Shown piece by piece: positions 23,501-35,500 of a stretch of DNA of 64,000 nt (position 1 is the first letter of the stretch; every line of letters starts with the position of its first letter). Position numbers and translations under genes: made by a program. This DNA comes from Malacoraja senta (Eukaryota): assembly GCA_038087875.1 (NCBI GenBank), contig CM075993.1:2668001-2732000 (forward strand), written 5' to 3'. The notes beneath the pieces were generated by a model, which had not been told where the DNA came from, made no database searches, and saw only the letters and a list, made by a program, of their open reading frames with translations.

Positions 23501-26500
23501 GCTGTTTGGACAGAGGAAGCTGAGATCTGAGTGAACAGCACGTCACGTCTGTGGTTTGTGGTGTGTGGAGTCTGAACTCTCTCTGGTGTCGGTGAACAGA
23601 ATGAAATCTAGAAATCCATTCCTTCTGATGGAGGAAGACACAGCCCCCGCGGTGGTGGGAGCTGGAGAATGAGGATGTCATTGTGTTGGAGGCCGATACG
23701 AAAGTGGCGTTTAATAGGCTTTTAGATAGGTGGGTTTAGATACCATTTGCCGATACGACTCCCTGCTTCACTGATCCCTTCCCACCCAAATTGGCATGAC
23801 TCCAGCTGACACACAGGGGAGAGGGGGTTGGGGGGACGAAGTAGGAGGAAGGGGTCTGAAGTTAACTTAAATTGGAGAACTCAACATTCATACAGCTGGG
23901 TTGTAAGCTACCCCGTGGAATATAAGATGCTGTTCCTCCAGTTTGAGGAATTCCTTCGTTCCGTAGATGCTGCCTCACCCGCTGAGTTTCTCCAGCCTTT
24001 TTGTGTACCTCCAGTTTGAGTGTGGCCTCACTCTGACAATGAAGTAGGCCCAGGACAGAAAGGGCAGTGTGGGAATGGGGAGGGTGAGCTAAGAAGGTTA
24101 GTACTTGCTGAGGATAGACGCAAAAATCTGCAGTAACTCAGCGGGACAGGCAGCATCTCTGGAGGGAAGGAATGGGTGACTTTTCGGGTCGAGGCCCTTC
24201 TTCAGACCACTTGCTGAAGGTTGAAGGGGGAGGGAAAATGTAATGAAACTGTTCAGAGATACAGCATGGAAAAAGGCCCTTCGGCCTGCCGAGTCCACTC
24301 CAACCATTGGTCACCCGTACACTAGTTCTATGTTATCCCACTTTCTCATCCACTCCCTACACACTAGAGGCAATTTACAGAGGGCCAATAAACCTACAAA
24401 CCCGCACGACTTTGGAATGTGGGAGGTAACACAAGCACCCGGAAGAAACTTACGCAGCTCACGGGGAGAACGTGCAAACTCCGCACAGACAGCACCCGTA
24501 GTCGGGATTGAACCCGGGTCTCTGGCGCTGTGAGGCAGGAACTCTACCGCTGCGCCACTGCGTCACCATTCAAACTGTTTGAATAGAATGTAAGAAATCA
24601 GGTTTTGTGGATTTATTGGGTAGATTACAAAGAGTTAAATTTTATGTTCCACTTGTTAGATAAAGTATTGCACGACTAGTGATCTCATTGTTTGGCTATT
24701 TCTCCCATTCAGTCTCACCACTGCCGTTAATTTATTCCAATGCAGTTAATTCTGCATTGACAATTTTTCTTGGCACAGCCTTGTAATGCTGCTGCCTTAT
24801 TGACCCATGAACTATGAGGCACTGCCAGTAATAGATTGGGCCTAGTCGGCACTTGGTAGTTTAGTTTAGTTTAGAGATACTGCTCAGAAACAGGCCCTTC
24901 GTCCCACCGAGTCCGCGCCGACCACTAGCACACTAGCACTATCCTACACTAGGGACAATTTACAATCTTTACCGAAGCCAATCAACCCACAAACCTGTAC
25001 GTCTTTGGAGTGTAGGAGGAAACCGGAGCACCCGGTGAAAAGCCACGCAGGTCACGGGGGCACAGGGTCAAACCCGGGCCTGTAGCGCTGAATGGCAGCA
25101 ACTCTACTGCTGCGCCACCATGCCTTTTGTTCTCTTGGTCTCTCTCATCCAAAACACATCTTCATGGCATTATGCGATTGTAGCGTTGCTTTTCTCTAAT
25201 GAAGGGACTATGTTGAGGGTGAACGAGTTAAATGTGTGAAGTGACCCATTACCACCAATGTAACCGGATTATAATTGACCCCTGAAATGGTCTAACAAGT
25301 CACAAGGGTGTCAAGGGTTACGGGGAGAAGGCAGAGATCAGCCATGATTGAATGGCGGAGTGGGCTTGATGCACGACTAGTGATCTCAATGGCCTAATTC
25401 TACTCCTATAAACTTGTGAACTTGCGAAAATTAAAACAAAATGTTCTTGGAACTGTCCTGTGCATCAAGCAGCATTTATGGAGAGAAACAGAATTAGTTT
25501 CTAATCTCATCCTAATGAAATATTATCCCGCCAAAATATTAAATCTACATCTGTCTCTCCAGGGATGCTGCCTGACTTGCTAAGTTTTAGTTTTCTTTTA
25601 GTTTTAGAGATGAAAACGCCGGGCTGTTTGAGGATGAAATGTTAATTATTGACAAGAAATATGTTCAAGGACCAGGACGTATGTAACCAATGAGTTTTGT
25701 TAATAGGAAGAGATTGCAACGGCTTGGAAGGTAGTGAGGATAGAGCCCATTGTACTCAGACTACGATTCTCTCTGTCCCAGTACCTAGATGGACCTGGTA
25801 AGTCCCGTTCATGTCTTTCACTCATCGTTTCTTCAAACCTACCACAACCATTTTCTTTAGCGAGGATAGACACAAAATGCTGGAGTAACTCAGCAGCACA
25901 GGCAGCATCTCTGGAGAGAAGGAATGGGTGACGTTTCTGGTCAAGACCCTTCTTCAGAACCGAAACGTCACCCGTTCCTGCTATCCAGAGGTGTTGCCTG
26001 TCCCGCTGAGTTTCTCCAGCTTTTTGTGTCTATCTTCGGTTCAAACCGCCATCTACAGTTCCTTCCTACACATTTGTTTAGCGAACTCTTCCGGTTTGGT
26101 CGGAGTTACTTTTACTAATTTCTGAGTTCCGCACATCATTGAAGAGGCTAGCGTTTATTGCCTATTGCTGGAGATATTGAGAAGATGGTGGTGAGCTCCT
26201 TTCGTGGTTTGCTGCAGTCTTTATTGTGAAGGTGTGCGCGCCAAAGTGTTCAGTTCAAGACACAGACCCAGCAATTATGAAGTTTAGAGATACAGCATAC
26301 AAACGGGCCCTTTGGCCCACCAAGTCCAAGCTGACTAGCAATCACCCGTAGACTAGTTCTATCCTACACACTAGGGACAAATTTTATAGAAGCCAATTTG
26401 CCTACAAACCTATAGTAAGAAAAAACTGCAGATGCTGGTAAAATCGAAGGTAGGCACAAAAAGCTGGAGCAACTCAGTCTGAAGAAGGGTCTCGACCCGA

Positions 26501-29500
26501 AACGTCACCCATTCCTTCTCTCCAGAGATGCTGCTTGACCCGCTGAGTTACTCCAGCTTTTTGCGTTAGCCTACAAACCTGCTGTCTTTGGAATGTGGGA
26601 GAAACCGGAGCAGTCGGGGAAAACCCACGTGGTCACAGGGAGAACATACAAACTCCGCACAGACTACACCCATAGTCAGGATCAAACCCGGGTCTCCGAT
26701 GCTGTGAGGCAGCAGCTCTACCGCTGCACCGCCCGAGTGTTGGTGATGTGGAACATATAACAGTACAGCACGGGAACAGGCCCTTCGGCCCACTGTGTCT
26801 GTAGTGAAGGAAAGAACTGCAGATGCTGGTTTAAATCGAAGGTAGACGCAAAATACTGGAGTAACTCAGAGGGACTCGAGGCGAAACGTCACCCATTCCT
26901 GCTATCCAGAGATGTTGCCTGTCCCGCTGAGTTACTCCAGCATTTTGTGTCTGTAGTGAATACATTGCTAAGTAAAACTAATCTCTGCCTGTACATGACC
27001 CACACAGGAATTGAGTTATTCTTGACTATGAAGGACTAGGGAGAGGAAATGTGATTTAATATTATTTTTAGTTAAACTAGCACTACTCAGATACATAATT
27101 ACATGCTATATTAGTATAGCACCTTGAAAATTAAAGTCCTTAAAGATATCCAAGAGAATCAAGGGTCAAGAGTGTTGAATTGTCATCTATACCGAAATAG
27201 AACGATAACATTCTTAAGGGCCTGTCCCACTTGGGTGTCATTTGCGTGTCACACAGGTGGCGCGCGAAGATTTTGTACATCCCAAAATCCTGGCGCGACC
27301 GCGCGTCACTGCCTACGTCACCACGCACCATGCACGCGTAATGCGCACCTTGCGTGCATCACGTGCGCGGCACGACACACGCGTCGTGCGTCGTGACTCG
27401 TAAATTATGTCGCGTAAATTACGCGCAAATGACGCCCAAGTGGGACAGGCCCTTAACTTACAGCAGAATAACAGGTCTGTAAACACAGTACTCGCAGATA
27501 ACACGATATGCAAACAAAAAAGTTCAATAAATAAAAATTCGCCAAGATTAGTTCATACCTGTCCACTTTGGTGGATGGTTCAGGGACCAGGGGACACAGA
27601 TTTGAAGTGATGGGTGAAAGATGCAAGAAAAATGTGGAAGGTAGACAAAAATGTTGGAGAAACTCAGCGAGTGAGGCGGCATCTATGGAGAGAAAGGATT
27701 TGAGTATAGGAGCAGGGAGGTTCTACTGCAGTTGTACAGGGTCTTGGTGAGACCACACCTGGAGTATTGCATACAGTTTTGGTCTCCAAATCTGAGGAAG
27801 GACATTCTTGCCATAGAGGGAGTACAGAGAAGGTTCACCAGACTGATTCCTGGGATGTCAGGACTTTCATATGAGGAAAGACTGGATAGACTCGGCTTGT
27901 ACTCACTGGAATTTAGAAGACTGAGGGGGGATCTTATAGAAACGTACAAAATTCTTAAGGGGTTGGACAGGCTACATGAAGGAAGATTGTTCCCGATGTT
28001 GGGGGAGTCCAGGACAAGGGGTCACAGTTTAAGGATAAAGGGGACCGAGATGAGAAAAACATTTTCTACACAGAGAGTGGTGAATCTCTGGAATTCTCTG
28101 CCACAGAATGTAGTTGAGGCCAGTGCATTGGCTATATTTAAGAGGGAGTTAGATGTGGCCCTTGTGACTAAAGGGATCAGGGGGTATGGAGAGAAAGCAG
28201 GTACAGGATACTGAGTTGGATGATCAGCCATGATCATATTGAATGGCGGTGCAGGCTCGAAGGGCCGAATGGCCTACTCCTGCACCTATTTTCTATGTTT
28301 CTATGTTTCTATGAGAGAAGGAATAGGCGACGTTTCGGGTCGAGACCCTTCTTCAGACTGATGCTGCCATCTTCCATAGATGCTGCCTCACCCGCTGTGT
28401 TTCTCCAGCATTTTTGTCTACCTTCGAATTTTCCAGCATCTGCAGTTCTTTCTTACACAAGAAAAATGTGGACCTCACAGAGAGTTATAGCCCTGTCCCA
28501 CTGTACGAGTTCATTCCAAGAGCTCTCCCGAGTTTGCCCTGACTCGAACTCGGAGATTTACGGTAATGGCCGCTCGTCGGTACTCGGGGCTCTCGTGGAC
28601 ATTTTTCAATGGTGAATCAGTCTGGTGAACCTTCTCTGCACTCCCTCTATGGCAAGAATGTCCTTCCTCAGATTAGGAGACCTGCCGTTAGCGAGTCTTC
28701 CCGAGTACCTGCCGTTAGCGTTACGAGCCGCTAAGAGACGTCCCCGAGCTCCGACGTACCCGCCACGTTCATTCTCCGTGCTTACCACGAGTTTGATTTT
28801 TTTTAAACTCAGGAGAGCTCTTGGAATGAACTCGTACAGTGGGACAGGACTTTTATGATGATCTGAAATTCATTGCCTGTGGGTTTGGTGGGATTCATCG
28901 CCGCAGCCGGCTGTGGAAGCCAAGTCAATGTATAATTTTAAGGCAGAGATAGATAGATAGATTCTTGATTAGTACGGGTGTCAGGGGTTATGGGGAGAAG
29001 GCAGGAGAATGGGGTTGAGAGGGAAAGATAGATCAGCCATGATTGAATGGCGGAGTGGACCTGATGGGCCGAATGGCCTAATTCTGCTCCTGTAACTTAT
29101 AAACTTATGGTGGGAACCGTCAATTGATGCTTTCAGAATGCCATTGGCTGGGCAACTGGGTGATGAGGGATAGAAATGAGGCAAGGACCAAGCATGGACT
29201 TGATGGGCTGAACGGCCTTCTTCCAGGCTGTAATAAATAAATCTGTTTCACGTGCTATGAATGGAATTCCAGAAGCTAGGATGAAAGATCTTCCATTACA
29301 ACATGATACATCATATACCAATGAGCAAAATTGCCCCCCCCCCCCCCCCCCCCCTTGGAAAATATTGTGAGAACTCAGGGGTAATGCTTTTTAATTCCCC
29401 GACAGAGCCATCGGTAGATGTTTTCCAGCAGTCCAACAAAGAAGGATTTGGTCTGGGATTACAACTAAAGAAGTAAGTATATCAGTAACCACCAAGCTCC

Positions 29501-32500
29501 TATACTCAGCTCAATGATTCATACTCATACTCACTTTATTAGCCAAGTATGTTTTGTAACACACAAGGAATTTGATTTGCCATACACTCATACTAATAAA
29601 AAGCAACAAAACACACAAAATACATTTTAACATAAACATCCACCACAGTGACTCCTCCACATTCCTCACTGTGATGGAAGGCGAAAAAAAAGTTCAAATC
29701 TCTTCCCTTCTTTGTTCTCCCGTGGTCGGGGTCCTCGAGCCCTCCGTTGATGGGGCGATCTTGACTCCCGTAGCCGGCGGCGTGCCTCCTCTTCAATGGT
29801 TCATTTGTACATTATTGTCACATGTGCAAAGTGCAAATGCACAGTGAAACTATTTTCTTGCCAAAGGTCCAGAATAGTATTGCCGATTAGCGATTGTACA
29901 GAAATAGTCTACAGAGGCCGCATGCAATAAGAGCCGTGGCTTGGCACCATTTTCCAAGTGCAGTCCACGCTCCAGTTGTGATGAGCGGTGCCCAACTAAG
30001 GCAAGACCAAGGCTGCTGCAGGGCCTCCAGCCGTCACCTTCCTTGGTCGACCAGCGACCAACGTCCTCTCCTCTCCTCACCCGTCCACCTTTGTTCCCCG
30101 GGGGTGTGTCCCGCATTCGGTCATTACCCGGGCGGCATGCTGGCGCAGCGGTGGAGTTGTTGCCGTCCAGTGCTTGCAGCACCGGAGACCCGGGGTTAAA
30201 GGTAAAGGTTCACGGGACGTAACCCTTGCGTAAGGCATGGAGTAAGCCACGTTTATCTGGCCCATGATTCCTTGCTGTATAACACCTTGGAACATATACC
30301 CTGAGGGAGTGGTAGACATGGTCACTGACAGCATTTAGGAAGGGTCTAGACAGGTTCTTGAATCAATTAGGTACAGAAGGCTCTGGGCCAAGACCTGGCA
30401 CGGTGGCGCAGCAGTAGAGTTGCTGCCTTACAGTGCTTGCAGCACCAGAGACCCGGGTTCGATCCCGACTACAGGCGCTGTCTGTACGGAGTTTGTACGT
30501 TCTCCCCATGACCTCGTGGGTTTTGTTCGAGATCTTCCGTTTCCTCCCACACTCCAAAGGCGTCCAGGTTTGTAGGTTAATTGGCTTGGCATATGTGTAA
30601 ATTGTCCCTAGTGTGTGTAGGATTGTGTTAATGTGCGGGGATCGCTGGTCGGCGCGGTCCCGGTGGGCAGAAGGGCCTGTTTCCGCGCTGTATCTCTCAA
30701 CTAAACTAAACTGAAAATGGGATGAATGCAGCCAGGACCACTGGTCAGTGTGGGGGTGATGGACCCAATGGCCCGTGTCCCTACTGAGTGTCGAAGCGGG
30801 GAGTTAATACAATGGTCAACGTCCTGTGCTTTGTGTTTTGCAGAATTCTGGGAATGTTTACATCTCAGCAGTGGAAGCACCTCAGCAATGACTTCCTGAA
30901 GCACCAGCAGGAGAAGAGGCAGAGTTGGTTCAAACCCAGCGGCGCGGTGAAGAAATTCCGATCAGGCCTCAGCATCTTCTCTCCCATCCCAAAGTACGGG
31001 GTTCAGAGGTCAAGGGGAGGAGGCAGGAGAATGGGGTTAGGAGGGAGAGATAGATCAGCCGTGATTGAATGGCGGAGTAGACTTGATGGGCCTAATGGCC
31101 TAATTCTGCTCCTATCACTTATGACCTTATGAAGGAGCTAATGGAGATGGCCTGTGGACTTGCTAAGAACTGGAGTGAAATGTTGGCTAATTGGCTTCTG
31201 TGATTGTCCCTAGTGTGTGTAGAATAGAACTAGTGTGTAGATCAGGGGTCGGCAACCTTGTTCTGCATCGGGCCAGGACCCATGTCTGTGAGCGGATGGC
31301 AGGCCACATCTATCGCCACAGTTAATAAATGGAGGTAATAATAATACATACTAAGTAATCTTTGACATATTTATATATTTAAGCAATATTATGTCTACTG
31401 AACAGAGCAGTAGAATATAACGTTTGCTGCGCTCACTGCGCTTGTTCTAGGATTCTATATGACGGAAGTCCTAGATGAAGTCTAGATGACGGAAAAAAAA
31501 ATGGCGGAAGGCTAGATGACGGGGAAAAAACGCCAGCGGGCCGGATGATTTTGGGTTTCGGGCTGGATCCGGGCCGTAGGTTGTCGACCTCTGGTGTAGG
31601 TGGTTGTTGGTCAGCATGGACTCAGAGGGTCAAATGTCCTGTTTCCAAACGGCTGTGAAAACTCTAAACTAAAGAAACATTGGATATCCATGAGCGGGAG
31701 AGATCCTATTGACCCAATGAAAGCCACTGGGACAACTTGGTACAGTTCCCCTGTCATACTCCAAAATAAATGTACCCTGGTGAATAATATTGCCGTTCAC
31801 CAACTAGAGAGCGGTCCTAGCTCCCATCTACCTCATTTGGACACCTTTAAACTTTGTTTCATTGGACTTTACCTTGCACTAAACATTATTCCCTTAATCC
31901 TGTATCTGTACACTGTGGACGGCTTGATTGTAATCATGTATAGTCTTATTCGCTGACTGGATAGCTCGCAACTTAAAAAGCTTTTCACTGTAACCTCGTG
32001 AATTTAGTAATGAACTAAACTAAAGTCTATTTCTCTTTGCAGATCTCCGAGCTTTCCTCTCATACAGGATTCTGTACTAAAGAGTAAACTTGGGGTTCCA
32101 GATCTCCGGGTCAACCGCATTATTAACCGTTCCATCTCTTGCACTATGAAGACCCCCAAGCCTGAGCTCTTTGGATACCCCTCTGCAAATCAGGTAAGAG
32201 TAAACGGGGTACTGATTGTGGACGGTACACAAAATTGCTGCAGAAACTCAGCGGGTGCAGCAGCATCTATGGAGCGAAGGAAATAGGCAACGTTTCGGGC
32301 CGAAACCCTTCTTCAGACTGATAGGGGGTGGGGAGAAGAAAGGAAAAAAGGAAAATTGGAGGAAATGCACCTCATATTCCGCTTGGGCAGTCTACATCCT
32401 GGGGGTTTGAACATTGAATTCTCCCAATTCTGCTAGCCCTTGCTGTCCCCTCCCCTTCATCAGCCATCTGGTTGTCTCCTCCCCTCCCCCAGCCCTCGGG

Positions 32501-35500
32501 CTCCTCCTCCGCCTTTTTCCTTTTTTCCTTTCTTCTCCCCACCCCCTATCAGTCTGAAGAAGGGTTTCGGCCCGAAACGTGGCCTATTTCCTTCGCTCCA
32601 TAGATGCTGCTGCACCTGCTGAGTTTCTCCAGCAGGTAGACAAAAACGCTGGAGAAACTCAGCGGGTGCAGCAGCATCTATGGAGCGAAGGAAATAGGCA
32701 ACGTTTCGGGCCGAAACCCTGAAGGAAATAGGCAACGTTTCGGGACGAAACCCGGAAGGGTTTCGGGCCGAAACGTTGCCTATTTCCTTCGCTCCATAGA
32801 TGCTGCTGCACCCGCTGAGTTTCTCCAGCAGGTACACAAAAATGCTGGAGAAACTCAGCGGGTGCAGCAGGAGCGAAGGAAATAGGCAACGTTTCGGGCC
32901 AAAACCCTTCTTCAGACTGATAGGGGATGGGGAGAAGAAAGGAAAAAAGGAAAAAGGCGGAGGAGGAGCCCGAGGGCTGGGGGAGGGGAGGAGACAACCA
33001 GAGGGCTGATGAAGGGGAGGGGACAGCAAGGGCTAGCAGAATTGGGAGAATTCAATGTTCAAGCCCCCAGGATGTAGACTGCCCAAGCGGAATATGAGGT
33101 GCATTTCCTCCAATTTACGGTGTTGCTCGCTGTGGCCATGGAGGAGATCCAGGACAGAGAGGTCAGATACGGAATGGGAGGGGGAGTTGAAGTGCTGAGC
33201 CACCGGGAGTTCAGGTTGGTTATTGCGGACCGACCGGAGGTGTTCGGCGAAACGATCGCCAAGCCTCCGCTTGGTCTCACCGATGTAGATCAGCTGGCAT
33301 CTAGAGCAGCGAATGCAATAGATGAGGTTGGAGGAGATGCAGGTGAACCTCTGTCGCACCTGGAACGACTGCTTGGGTCCTTGAATGGAGTAGAGGGGGG
33401 AGGTGAAGGGACAAGTGTTGCATCTCTGGATGCATAGTTGCATCGATTTTCCAGCATCTGCAGTTCCTTCTTTAATACTGATTGTGGATGATCAGCCATG
33501 AGCACATTGAATGGCTGTGCTGGCTTGAAGGGCCGAATGGCCTACTCCTGCACCTATTGTCCATTGTCTATTGTCTAAATGACCTGCAGTAGAGTAAAAC
33601 TCCATTAATCCGCCATGTGAAAGTTTGGAAATACTGATGGTGCTTTGTTTGGTCGCATGTGCATCTGTACAGTGGAATTCTTTTTGCATATTTATACATG
33701 TTTTGGCACCATTTCCAAAAGTCCAAAGTCCACTCGGCCCGCGAGCTCGGTCTAATGGAGCGGCTCATGATCCAGGGCCTTCCTCCGTCGCCTTCGATCA
33801 AATCGGCCCGCGGACCCACGTCCCTCCCTTCTCCTCGCCCGGACACCAGGAGCACCTCCCATTCAGGAAGACGCTCCAGGTTTTCCCAGTGTCCCAGCAC
33901 CTTGCGCGTCGCTTGCTGTACAAAGCCTCGAGTGCACTGGGCATCGACGGAATGGAGAGGGGAAGAGCCATCAAGAACACCGCAGAGGCAGCGGAGAGGG
34001 CCTCGAGATGGCTCTGGATCAGGAGAGGAGGTCCATGGGGAGGAGCGAATGCCACCTGAACACAAGTCGTGGTCTGATCAACGCTGGCTGGGTCGCCTGG
34101 GCGAGGGTGTCTGATGTTGAAAGGCCCCCCCCCCCCCCCCCCCCCCCCCGAAACACCCAATGACCCCAGGTTACATGTTCAAGAAGGAACTGCAGATGCT
34201 GGAAAATCGAAGGTAGTCAAAATTGCTGGAGGAACTCAGCGGGTGCGGCAGCATCTATGGAGCGAAGGAAATAGGCAACGTTTCGGGACGAAACCCTGAA
34301 GGAAATAGGCAACGTTTCGGGACGTAGTATCAGCCAACACACAGAAACTTAAAGGTAGACAAAAGTGCTGGAGAAACTCAGCGGGTGAGGCAGCATCTAT
34401 GGAGCGAAGGAAATAGGCAACGTTTCGGGACGAAACCCTTCCGGGTTTCGGCCCGAAAAGTTGCCTATTTCCTTCCGGGTTTCGGCCCGAAACGTTGCCT
34501 ATTTCCTTCATGGTTTCGTCCCGAAACGTTGCCTATTTCCATCGCTCCATAGATGCTGCCGCACCCGCTGAGTTCCTCCTGCAATCTTGTCTACCCCAGG
34601 TTATGTTCAGGACCATCAACAGATGTATTTTTTATCAATTAACCCAGCATCCGCAGTCCCTGGTGTCTGCAAACTTTTGTAACTCCTGTGTTGATGACGC
34701 TACATGGTGACGTGCGACTGGCGAGGCCGGGGGGGGGGAGGGTGTAAGTAGGCAGAGAGGGGAACGGGAGGGGTGGCAGTGACCCGGCAACAGCAGAGGG
34801 AGCGATGCCGCCTTGTCTTTGGGACAGCATTCCGAGTATTTGGATATTTTGTTTGGGAGAGTTCAAACATGTGGAATTCATCGCCCCAGGAGGCTGTGGA
34901 GGCCAAGTCGACGGATAGTTTTACGGTGGACATTGATAGAAACATAGAAAATAGGTGTAGGAGTAGGCCATTCGGCCCTTCGAGCCAGCACTACCATTCA
35001 TAGAAACATAGAACATAGAAAATAGGAGCAGGAGTAGGCCATTCGGCCCTTCGAGCCTGCACCGCCATTCAATATGATCATGGCTGATCATCCAACTCAG
35101 TATCCCGTACCTGCCTTCTCTCCATACCCCCTGATCCCTTTAGCCACAGGGGCAATACGATAATGGCTGATCATCCAAAATCAGTACCCCGTTCCTGCAT
35201 TCTCCCCATATCCCTTGATTCCGTTAACCCTAAGAGCTAAATCGAACTCTCTCTTGAAAACATCCAGTGGATTGGCCTCCACTGCCTTCTGTGGCAGAGA
35301 ATTCCACACAAATTCACAAATCGATAGATTCTTGAGTAGTACGGTTGTCAGCGGTTATGGGGAGAAGGCAGGAGAATGGGGTTGAGAGGGGGTAGGTAGA
35401 TCAGCCATGATTGAATGGCGGTGTAGACTTGATGGGCCGAATGACGTAACTCTGATCCTACAACTTATGAACTAACAAAACTTGGTTACACACAAAGATT

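Noticed and set aside
30397..30475. tRNA gene
   Set aside because: This is the tRNA-derived head of a V-SINE: it continues into the V-domain and LINE-like tail, and many decayed copies exist.
33720..34110. GC-rich stretch with overlapping 120-165 aa ORFs
   Set aside because: No recognisable domain or splice context; likely an unclassified repeat fragment.
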